The notes beneath the pieces were generated by a model that was not told the DNA's origin, did no database searches, and saw only the letters and a list, made by a program, of their open reading frames with translations. A stretch of 64,000 bases of DNA. Source: Octopus vulgaris (taxonomy: Eukaryota). The position numbers and the translations under genes were made by a program. Location: positions 153,202,001 to 153,266,000 of the forward strand of contig OX597816.1 in NCBI GenBank assembly GCA_951406725.2, read 5' to 3'. This document shows, piece by piece, positions 26,901-39,179 of the stretch. Each line of letters opens with the position of its first letter. Within the stretch, counting starts at the first letter, position 1.

Positions 26901-28060
26901 GCTTTTATTTAAAATTCCAACGATGGAGATCTGCATGTTTGTTAGAGACCAGCTTCTTTCTTAAAGGAGGAATGATTAAAAATAGAAGAGAACGAACATA
27001 GATACTTACACACATAAATCTGCAGTTACTCTATCCAGATTACAAGTTCAGGTGAATACCTGTAATTATTGGGGCCCTCGGATATGTAACACACTGCCTA
27101 AATACCAATCTTGAGAAATTAAGCTTCTCAAGAAAAGGAGAAAGCTAATTCGAAGACTACAGATCCAACCCATCACTGGCAATGTAAAAATCTGTAAAAC
27201 TTTCCAGAAGTTTATCATTTAAATATACATAAGGATACATAGATAAAACATACAAATCTACACATATATACAAAATACATACGTACATACATACATACAT
27301 ACATACATACACGCATACATACATACATACATACATACATACATACATACATACATACATACATACATACATACAAACAAACAAACAAAAATAACCAGTT
27401 GAAGTTCTGGGGAAGAAGCCTTAGATCTAGGTTATAAACAGTAGTTCATTATAATATAATGAGTAAAAAAAAAGTAATCCCTAGAAGGAACAAAGTGGAC
27501 AGAGTACTCACGTGTCAGCCGCATACGGAATGGTCTCGATACCATTACACTACACCCCCACAAACACACATGCACACACAAACAGAATGCGTACCCAGAT
27601 AGCAAAGGACTGAAGATAAAGTGAAACCTGAGATTCCCGTTGATAAGTCGAATGATTGAAGAAAAAGAGAGAAAATTACAATGACGACGACGACGACAAC
27701 GGTGATGATGATTTTGGCAATGACTTCCGTTGACAGTGATGATGATATCGACGACACTAATAACACTGACGATGACAACGTTAATAATGATGATGAACAA
27801 TGAATCTAATAATGGTTGCGTAATGATGTCATTCATAATGCTGCCGATAGGGTTGATGTTGGTGTTGATGGTTATGCTAGTGCTTCTTAAAATATATTCG
27901 TCGAATTTACAACTGTCACTTAATCTAGTACTGAAATGATTTTTACTATTCAGTTTTTGAGATAACACCTATCTTTAGACAAAAGTGAAAAAGTATATAT
28001 AGAAATAGAAAAAAAAAGAACATATAAAGGAAAGAGATTTTTTATGGAAATGGTCACGAA

Positions 28061-28340
28061 ATGGTTCAGTCCCACTGCGTGGCACCTTGGGCAAGTGTTT
28101 TCTACTATAACCTCGGGCCGACCAAAGCCTTGTGAGTAGATTTCGTAGACGGAAACTTAAAAGAAGCATGTCGTATATATGTATATGTATATGTGCGTGT
28201 GTGTTTGCCTCCCCCAGCATCGCTTGAGAACCGATGGTGGTGTGCTTACGTCCCCGTAACTTGGCGGTTCGGCTTCCAAAGAATAAATGCGGTGCTCCAG
28301 CATGGCCTCAATCAAATGACTGAAACAAGTAAAAGAGAGA
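28061..28340 (+). mobile_element. tRNA-derived SINE (5'-truncated, internal deletion) with a CR1-like tail
   Basis: GGTTCAGTCCCACTGCGTGGCACCTTGGGCAAGTG..., a microsatellite middle, then GCGGTGCTCCAGCATGGCC..AATGACTGAAACAAGTAAAAGAG. Confidence 0.85.
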
Positions 28341-29989
28341 GTAAATTTTAAAGTAATTGTCTGTAGCAGTTTCACTTTATATAATTTGCATTTCATATAA
28401 ATTTACATGTTGCAATCTGAGGTTCATTGAATGGTAGATCTTTAAATAACAGTGAAGTTTTATGACATTGTCTCACTCCACATGATGTTAATTATTGTTT
28501 AACCTCAAATTCTTTATTTAATACGTTCCTTTTTAAAAGAGTAGGGTAAAAATTAAGGAATATTTGGCTGTTATTTTTAGCTGATTGATTGGCCATGAAC
28601 AGACTCCCTCATTGATTCACCTCTTACATAGCTTTTATGTACCTGGCGAAATGCCTTGGCGTACCTTGCTACTATTAATTGTATCACACGGAGCTGAATT
28701 CGACTCCGTTTCAAAGCACCTTCAGTAAGTGTCCTTTACTAAAGCATCAGGTTTAACAACACTGTAAAAGTATCGGTATTTGCGAAAATAGTTTTGTGTC
28801 GAGTTACAAAGACTCCTTTGTTACATTTGCTGGCAGAAATGTCCCACGCTAATGAGTGGGCTTTTAGAAACATGTAAGCAATGCCACTTTTTGTTTCAAA
28901 TTCAAATACAGAATAAATAAATAAACATAAAACTTCCGACACCAATTTACTAGCCATTTGAAGTCAACAGAGCTGATCATTTCTGATATCATTGAACACA
29001 AAAAGAAGTTTATGAATTGTGTATATACTATTGTAGTTATTCAATCCCTAGTCGACTCTGGTCTGAACTTTTATAATATATTTTACTTAAGACACCTAAG
29101 TACATGTGACGGATTAAATCTACCAGCCACATAGCATCGAGTGCCAATAATTTTGTAAAAGTTTGTCGTCAAGGTTATCTCTTCGCAGTTCAACAAAATA
29201 AAATTCTTGCAAATTGCACGAACGACAGAAAGCTTTGACGGACATCAAATATAGGCTATGCAAAGTTGGCGACATTAGTGACATCATCGAAAACTATCTG
29301 AATGCTGTCAGTTTATTGCATCCACATAAAGTATGTTGTACTTGACTAAGCAATCGAAAAATAAAATAAATAAATAAATAAAAAGAAAAATAACACTCAA
29401 TGAAAACAAGTATATAGACACAGACATATGAAGAAAATATCAGTGAAACTTAAATGAATAAACAACCAAATTAGAATGCAATGTCGCGAAAAATAATTGC
29501 ACATCAATGTAATAAAAGTTTAACCAAAAGAAGACATCAAATGCACTTTTGGGTTTACAAATTAGCACTCAAAATACACCTTGAGTTTCATACTGTTGAT
29601 GGAGCAGCAGGATTTGTTCAAACTTCCCTGTGTCAAAGAATCGTTGAATTTAGATTACAAGATAAAGACTGTGGTTCCAATACTTCTACGCTACAGATTA
29701 CACAAGGTAACAGATTCTTTTGAAAGTTCTTGATACTTTCTCATTTTTGCATTTTTATATTGAATTTGGTATACAGAATATGAAAATCATGAGTTTTTGT
29801 ATACCAACAAAGATTTGTATAATAATTATGGAAATATAATATTTATCATAATATAATTTATTGTAATTTCAGCTGCATTGTATAATCTATTGTAGAAATC
29901 ATACAATATAATATAAGCAATTATAAATAATGCAATAAAATTGTAATAATTAAATTGGAACAATGGATCAAAAACGTCAATTAGCTCAG

Positions 29990-31510
29990 AAGTGAAGATT
30001 GGGCAGTTGTGATCTCTATTTACTCGAACCAAGTCCTAAACGCAATCGTTTATCATTGCTTTATACTATCTCCTCTGAAATTGCTTCTCCATCAGTTATA
30101 TATTGATGGAGCCATTCATCATGCTCTTCTAACATGACACTAAGCTGGAAGAATTCAAAATGAGAGTGCAAATAGTGCAGTTAAAGTGACATTTTGCTTC
30201 CCATACTTTGGTAATTTTCTAGCAGTTCTACACATAAAATAATAGCTTCTCTGCTTTGATGCTGCCCAGAAACTTATTGATAACGTTCTTAAATGCATTC
30301 TGAGTTCATTTCTTTACCAGCGTCACTTTCATATTCAGAGATTATTGGATGCAAACTTTTGCTGCATCCGTGGTTCAACAAAACCAAAAGCAGCAACTTT
30401 CGTGTCAGACAACTTGCTGTTTAATATTAAACGGAGGCAGAAGGATTTTCTTCACGAATGCATGAGCATTCAAGATGACAGCTGCAGTCTTTTTCTTTCT
30501 TTTTTTCTTGTTGCATTTCCCGTTTCATGTTTTTTTTCTATTTCTGCTATCCCACAAACACCAAGTGTAAGTTTGCTTATTATACCCATCCCCCGTACAA
30601 TCTGAGCAAGAATCATGAAATCACCGCTTGTAGTCGTCATATTTTCTCTTTTTGAGTAAGATTTATAATCCAATACTTATACAAAGTAACCAGCAGAGAT
30701 AGACGAATGCTGGTTGCTGTTGTGAAGCATTGCTGTTGTGAAGCATTGCTGTTGTGAAGCATTGCTGTTGTGAAGCATTGCTGTTGTGAAGTATTGCTGT
30801 TGTGAAGCATTGTTTTCAGACATCTCGGAGGGATGCAAACATCTAAAAACGAATCGCTTCAAAATTATCTCTTACTTGTTCATAAAATCACAACGACTAA
30901 GAAAACAAATAAAATGGGCATGAATTGTATGCCATGTTCGGTACTTCGAAATTGTCAACTTTACTTCTTGTTGGTTCCATCAGCTCTGTACAAGATTTGG
31001 TGAGATTCATTTCTATTAGGATGCTTATTGGTTTGGGTGTCTGGATTCATTACCTGAGCACACTTCTTCCTCTTCTTGATTTTCATCTTAATCAGACGTT
31101 TCTATGCCAACTTCGTTATTTGATTTAAAAGTTGGACGAGCTGGAATCGGTTGCTGTTTGTCGTGTAACAGTGATGCGATTAAAGATGCAATATTTCTTG
31201 TAATCCTTTATAAGTGATCACCTCCACTATACAAAAATAGCAATTGTTTAGATGGTGTGAGGTTTTCATCAGACTCTGGAATAGCCGAACGGTGTACATT
31301 TTTTACTGCCACGCATCCATCTCTCTAATGTAGGTTTGCATCTTTTAAGATTACAATTTGAATCCATGGCTTGTCCTGGTTTCCAGTTGGAGTTCTGAAG
31401 TACTTTTCATATGCGACAATAGTTGGTACTCTGCGAAATAATATATTTGACTTGTTTTGAGCCTATGTTATGTTCACATACATAACAAAATCCGTCAAGA
31501 AGCCATCATT
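29990..31510 (-). mobile_element. Decayed Chapaev3-type (CMC superfamily) DNA transposase remnant
   Basis: N-terminal FCYVC...AYEKYF...NQDKPW...ERWMRG...IPRV...NNCYFC (31210-31500). C-terminal FLGSIKAE...LLENYQSMGSKMSL*LHYLHSHFEFF...EEHDEWLHQ (30000-30330) matches the MSLKIHFLHSHLDFF/EHGERFHQ motifs. Confidence 0.75.
30714..30812. repeat. 16-bp minisatellite, 6 copies (TTGCTGTTGTGAAGCA)
   Basis: Directly visible; one substitution in copy 5; no spacers. Confidence 0.95.
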
Positions 31511-32821
31511 ATGCTATTTGTAATCATCATTATGCTATCTGTAACAATCAATCACAAAACATAATGTAGGCCAGGAAAACAAATGTGGAGAGCTAAATAT
31601 GGAAAAAAATTGCTGATTCTTCTTTTTAATTTTCTTATGCACAACCCGTACAGTTGTCAAAATACAACTTAACTAGAAAATTTGTAAAACACTGCTCTTA
31701 TATACTGTTTACGATAGACTGTTTCAAACAATAAAAAAAATTCATCATCACATATTTATAAATACGTCAATATATTTTCTTGAGCTTGCATGGTAGTTCA
31801 TTAACATCTTGTTAGTAACTCATTATTATATACCTCATTGTCTGCATGTATATGTCAATTCATCGGCATTAGTAATGTTTAGCATTTTATTTTTATTCTG
31901 GAAAGTTCTTCATAGAAACAGGTCGATACAAGCATAATTTCAACACAGACGCGATAGAAAATAATTCTTGGTATAACTGACAAAATATTGATACAATCAT
32001 GAAACGAATGTTACTATCGTATTCAACTACTGCATATATATACAAGAAACGTAGAATAATAAAGTGAAACAATTTCGCAAAGGGTAAACTGTTGTGCAAA
32101 GGACATTGAAAAAGCCTATGTCACTTTCTTTACAATCTCGCCCTCCGGAATTGTGACTGATTAAACAAACACTAAAAACATAACGAAAACAACCTAAACC
32201 AAGTAATGTAAACATACGTTCCCAGCCATAAAGAATCCTCTCGCACGTCACTGAAAGCATCATAATAGATTAAATTGCATCTATTATGGGATCGAAGACA
32301 TTGTAGCAGTTTGTGAAACGAGTTAGTGTTGTTTCTGATGCTGAATGTGATGTGGATGATGACGATGTCACCGATGTATTACTGTATGATATGACCAAAG
32401 TTCAATGCTTTACAGTACTTTCATTTATTTTCCTCCTACCAAAGCATATATAAGGGTTGGTTCAGTTGCCATCATTGTTTAAACTAGCTTTGTGTCCAGG
32501 AAAAAGATCTATTTCAAATTTCATCCTATAATATTTTTTAAAAAAGTAGTATGCTTCTCTTTTACTTTTAATCCGAGCAATTCTGTGCTAACGTGCGTTA
32601 TTCTGAGTTCTTCACAATCGTCCTAATTGTTCTGAAATATCAACAGCGTTCATTCATATTGTACGTGGAATAAACGCAGAATTCTATATGACTCAACACA
32701 AGTAAGTCAAGAATAGGAATCTTCGAATAGTACGAGTATCCTATTTAGGCTTGAAATTCATGTCTCAAAACAGAATTTTGTGACGATATTGCTTTCCTAA
32801 TAAAAGAAAGTATCTTTTTCA

Positions 32822-32956
<135 letters not shown>

Positions 32957-33096
32957 CTCCTATGTCTCCTGTTTCCGAAGAAGAGCTTTATTCGATATTT
33001 AAAACAAGCACTCTTCCTTTCTTTCTCTGAGCATCTTATCAATACTTTGCATGCGCCACATCATCGCGTTGCTTTTTCTTGTCTTTTTTCTGTTTT

Positions 33097-33175
<79 letters not shown>

Positions 33176-33636
33176 CACACACACACACATATGTATATAT
33201 ACATACATATATGTATATATTTATATGTATGTATCACTTTAGCATAAAGATAAGAGATAGTAATAATGTCTAGCTGTAAAGACGCATGGCTGCTAAACAA
33301 GTTTTCACAACGTGCCTTGTATTTCCAAGCAACCTCCATGCTCTGAGTGCATGGTCTGGTCTGTTTGAAAATCATAATGCTGGTCCATGAGAAGTAACGA
33401 ATAAAGAAACGAGAAAAATTAGAAGGTTGATGCGAACAGTAAAAGGGTGAATAAAAACGGGAAAAGAAAACAAGAAGGAAGAAAATTATTAGAGTTACAT
33501 CCTCTTTGATTGTAGGAGCCATCATTAAACTAGTTGTAAAATATTTCAACGGAGAGGTGTCCAAAGTCTACGAGACCGCTGCTCAATTTGGCGAGAGTTC
33601 CGTCCTCCAGTTCACTAAAAGAAATTTGTCCACATC

Positions 33637-34150
33637 TTTTATCTTTTATCTTTTACTTGTTTCAGTCATTTGACTGCGGTCATACTGGGGTACCGCCTTG
33701 AAAAATTTTAGTCGAGTGTATCAACCGCGCTACTTTATTTCTTTTAAAGCCTGTTACTTATTCCATTGGTCTCTTTAACCAAACTGCTAAGTTACGGGGT
33801 TGTAAACACAGCAACACCGGTTGTCAAACGGTGATGGGAGACAAACGCAGACACAAAGACTCTCACTCACACGCACACACAGACACAAAGACTCTCACTC
33901 ATACGCACACACAGACACAAACACAGACACAAGCACACAGACACTCACACACATACAGTCACACACACGTGCATACATACATACATACATACATACATAC
34001 ATACATACATACATACATACATACATACATACATACATACACTCACAGACACATATATATATGTATGTATGTATATATACACGATGGGCTTCTTTCAGTT
34101 TCCATCTACCAAATCCACTCATGAAGGTTTGGTTGGCTCGAGGCTATCGT
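33637..34150 (-). mobile_element. tRNA-derived SINE copy with an expanded internal (TATG)n/(TG)n
   Basis: Plus-strand tail TTTTACTTGTTTCAGTCATTTGACTGCGG..TACCGCC and body GGGCTTCTTTCAGTTTCCATCTACCAAATCCACTC. Confidence 0.85.
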
Positions 34151-35522
34151 AGGAAAAAAGTAAATATCTGCTATTCTTCTGATTTTAAAGAGATATTTTC
34201 TTGAAAAGATACTTTCTTGAAATGGTTAATTAATAAGTTGCATGAAGAAAAGCTACTTTAGAGACAAAATGTTCTGTTATACACAAGGTCGCATAGGGCA
34301 TAGCTATGTCTGACCTTTCGCTAATCTGGCTATGAAATGAATTATAATAGGAAACAAAACGTTAAGCCTATTTCTGACTTAACCTGTTAGAACACCACTG
34401 TGATCAACTAACAACACGACAACACGACAATAAGAACTGGAATTAAAATAGATATTAACCGAGAGTGTCATAAGCTATACGATTGTCTTAGAGAAGAGAA
34501 TGGCACAGTATCTGACATTGTTACAAAGTAGCTAAGATTCTTGAGAATGAAGTCAGGTAACTGGAATCAGTTGCACAGAAAAACAAAATTTCATTGTTTG
34601 AACATGAAGAATTATCTGAGATTAAATATTATCCTATTACAGATTTTCTTTCGAAATAGGTTAAAAGAAAGAAAGAAAAATTGAAATCAGAAATCTCCAA
34701 GGAGAAAGAAATGCTGAGAAGTTGTGATCTGTAAATAAACATAGGGTATAACTGAATTAGGCGAAATTGGAACAATTATTTTGGAATCAACGGCATCAAT
34801 GTTAAATGGATATTTGTTTTATGTACAAGGCCAGCAATTTTGGAGAGACAGAGTTTACCGAAATTATCAAGCACGTTGCCTGACTGGTATTTTGTTTAAT
34901 CGATCCAGAAGAGATGAAGGGAAAAGTTGTCCTTGGTACTATTTGAACACAAAATGTAAAAACTTGTCTAGCCTCTTTATTAGCAGTCGCCTCCGGTGGC
35001 AGATAAATAATTTTGATATTATCAGCAAAACATAATAACTTGTATTGGGAACTAAAATTTATTTTAGGTAATATTTTACCCGATTCAACAAACGAATAGT
35101 AAAACCCCACGGGATCTGTCAAACATTATTAAAACTAAAGAAGAAAGTAAGAAAGATGTTAGGCTTTTCATTTTTTTTTCAATGAAAAATATTCTTTATT
35201 TTCTTTTAAACGGCCAAGATGGCAGTTTTAATTTTTCATGTTAAACTCATAACAAATGTTATTTTTTGTCTGAATACTATTAAATTATTGTTATCAAGAT
35301 GGAGACGGTGGGTGACGAATAAGGAGGATGATAGATAAACTATTTTGCAATATATATGACGTCCTTTTTAGAGCCAAAGCGCAAAGTCGGCGAACTGGAG
35401 GAAGCGCTAGTTAGATCGTGAGATGAACTACATTATGTTATTTATTCTGACTTTCTAATCTTCAGATATCAAATATTTCCTTTATCATTCGCAGGTCAAT
35501 AAATATATTACTAGTTTAGAGA

Positions 35523-35620
35523 AGTTGGCTGGGAGAATCGCTAGAGCGTCAGGTAGGATGCCTTGCAGCATTTGTCCGACTCTTTGCGTTGTGTGATCGA
35601 CTCCCGCTGTAACCAAGTTG
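35523..35620 (+). mobile_element. Degenerate SINE head (second family)
   Basis: GAATCGCTAGAGCGTCAGGTAGGATGCCTTGCAGCATTTGTCCGACTC. Confidence 0.45.
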
Positions 35621-37960
35621 CTAGGCTTAATCCATCTCTCGGCTTCATACCAAAATCTGGTACTTGTGTTGTATTTGTGGAAAACACTTTCTTACAAATA
35701 CTCGAGCCGGGTTTCTGATTTAAGGATACCTTTTCACCATCTCAGAGGCCCAGAAAAGGGTTATGGGCCCCTGAGAGGGTTAGAAGCAATAAAACGAACT
35801 AAGTGACAAAAATCTGTATTGTCTTTCATCACCATGCTATTGAAGCCAAATCATTTTAATTGTCTCTTATTGAAGCCAAATCATTCTAAGGCTTGACGTT
35901 TAATGTCATTATAATGTAGCACACCAGTTGTTGAATTTATTGAATAATTGAAACAAATTGCAATGCTTAAAACAGTAGAATATATTGATACTTCTCACTC
36001 ATAAAATCTATTTACATAAGCATAAAAACAAATCCTCATTTTCCTTATCAAATTGGGGTCATTGGTCAACGTACAGAAAAATAGCTAAACTAAGAAAGAA
36101 ATATGAAGGAATTTAACAGATTTTACTAATGTTAAGAATGTATGTGTATATGTAAAGTGAGATAATTTATAATTGCAAGAATTAAAGGAAATTTCCTCTA
36201 CAGTATGATGAATAGTTTTACTGAATAAGAGGCTAATTTTGGGAATAAAACAATCTCTAATTAATTTCTGTAATGATCTCTGCATCAATGCACATTTTAA
36301 ATAGCTTTCTTCTCCAAGTTTCCTTATATCCTACAGGCTTTTGTTCTGCAGAAGACAAAAGCTCCAACTTTAAATTTCGGTAAGGTGGGTATTACATTAT
36401 TCGGATCATTTGAAATGACACACTAGTCATAAATATTACTCCTTTTTTTTTTCCATTTATATACTGCGTTTGATGTTAGTATTAGATTCACCAATAAATC
36501 GAAAATTTCGCGCAGCGGTTTGTATTGAAATTATTATCATTCAGTATTGAGATCATAAATTATAATTTCTGATTTCATACAGCAACATAGTAATTTGAAT
36601 ACAAATTCTACTGTATCTATATAAATAATTATTGATATGGATGTACAATAAACCATTGTTCAAAGCTGAATCTATATTGAAAACCTCGCAAGTTGTTTCG
36701 CAATAAAGGAATTTTTCCTTATATCGTAAATTCAATTTATTTATCTGGATGCAATGTAGAGCTCAAGCAAAATGTGCCTTTATGCTTAAAATGTCGTTTA
36801 AAATATCATGAACCCACCCATTTTCAGTCAAAGAATCACCAACAATACTTTGCTAGAGCTACCCCAGCTGAAGTATTATGCTTTTGAGTGTGTGTGTGTG
36901 TGTGTGTGTGTGATTGTGTATATGGTTGCGCTTGTGCGCGTGTATGTGTATGTGATCGTGTGTATGGTTGCGTTCGTGAATGTGTTTGCGTATGCATATG
37001 TAACTTCACGTTGTAGAACGAAGTTTCATTTATGATTTATATATACTCCATAAAAAGTTAGACAAAATTTTTTCTATTCGTTTTTTGTTTTTTCAAAATC
37101 AATTTATACTCTTAGGCTTATAGCTAACAATTCTTAATCTTTTAGTTTTGCTGTCATATTCTATATTTACATGTTGTAGGTTTTAGCCTCACGAAACAAG
37201 TAATTTAGACGACAAAGAACCTTTCTGACTGTCGTAACCACCAGACCGCTATCTCCATAAATGGAGTGGTTTCTATCGCGGTTATTCAAAGTGCGTATCA
37301 CGCTCATCCCAATACAGCTGGATTGCAGTCGTCAACTAATAAAACTACACAAACTTCCTCAAGACACGCTCATGGAGTTATGTGGACGATACTCATTCTG
37401 AAGAATAGACCACGAAAATCCACAAGGCACTGAATGTCTTTTATATTACATTACCAAACAGTTTAATATTGAATAACTAATGGCATACTGTCCCCCAAGT
37501 CTGCTCGACTTCTCCACGTCCATTTCCTCAACGCGAACGCAGTTCTAGTTCTACGAGATGGAAGCTAAAAAATCGTTTTTACACCTAAATTCTACATATC
37601 CAATCATAGTCGCTGGGAGAAAAATGAATAGATCAGCAAAGGTTGGATCTGTATCAACTCCTATCTACGGAGAAGAGTTAGCGAATTGATTAATGTGTGA
37701 ACTTGTCGTCAGAATAACTCTGAGACAATGCCTGTCGCCTGGCCAGGAGATTAACACTAAAAAAAAAAAAAAGAAAGCCTACTCTCTTGCTTGCCGTTCA
37801 ACCAGCGTAGAGAACAAGCAACTAGACTCTTTAAACAACAATATTGTTTACAATTATAGAAAAATCTGAGAATCGAAATCAATGTTTACAAATGCTGAAA
37901 CAATTTATAGATATGAGTGTTGTATTAATAACATAAATAATAATCCTGCAAATTAAAAAC

Positions 37961-38004
<44 letters not shown>

Positions 38005-39179
38005 TAGCATACATGTAGCATGATATCATTTTCTAATAAAGTTACTCTTTCGCAATATCTATATTCCAATATATTACTGCTCCAATTTATCTCACTTTTA
38101 CGAAATCTTTTGCTAACATGCAATACAAGAAAAACCTATTATCTTTATATTTGAGAGATAATTATTCCTGTTAGTAATATGATGTTCATTTCAGTTAGTT
38201 GATTCACAATTATTTTAACGTTAATTCCAGTTAGTAGAGCTCTTTAAGTAATATTTTTTTAATGAGCAAAAAGATCGGAACAATCTTCTAGATAATTTTG
38301 TATTTTCTCATTACTTTGCAGTGATAATATGTTTCACCGATTTTAATAAACAAGTAATTTCTGTTAAGATCTCTATTTTGCTCTCCGCTGATATCAGCGT
38401 CAGACAAGTTAGTTTACTACTGGGAGAGCAAGAGGTGAAGCATATGTCCAGAGAATATCTAAATATTTATATCATGATCTTATTTTCTCGTGACATTACA
38501 TTTTAACATTATCGCTCTAAACATGAATTTATTTCATATATATCATAATCCTTGCGAAAAATGTATTTTTGTTATATTTGCAAGATATTTATATAATCAT
38601 TATAATGCTCATTTCAGTAAATTGATTTTAAAGTATTTCGGCCATCACTGCACTTTCTTTTTGTATTTTTCAAACAGAAATACAAAAACCACGAATATAT
38701 AGTCAGTGTGCAATTTAGTGTATACTTAGTATATATTTAGTAGATAATGAACTTTATGTATATGACATGATTATATAAAACGGAAAAGAATAAATTTTAT
38801 GAGCAACATAATACAGTCATCACGAGTATCTAGTGTAAGTCAAACATTTTTTGTTGGCAAACTTAATTCACGAGTGGGTGCTAATTTATTCGGTATACAC
38901 GAATGAACTCGAATGTCTCATCTTTCATTTTGCAGAGAATTTGATGCTTTCTACTAACAGTCAGATAATCTCAAAACAACTTGGATGCATCCAAGTTTTG
39001 AAAATGGTTACCGTTTTCTCAGAATGAGGACATCCTGGTATAAGTGTTTTTTTTATATATATACAGATAAGGTATATATATATATAATTTTGATTTTGAT
39101 TTTTGATTTTTCCAGTTTCAGCTTATGAGCTGTGGCCATGCTGGGGCACCGCCATTTGGTGTTGCTACTTGGTTTCACT

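Noticed and set aside
30714-30812. CRISPR-like direct repeats
   Set aside because: Contiguous units without spacers, eukaryotic context, no cas genes: a minisatellite.
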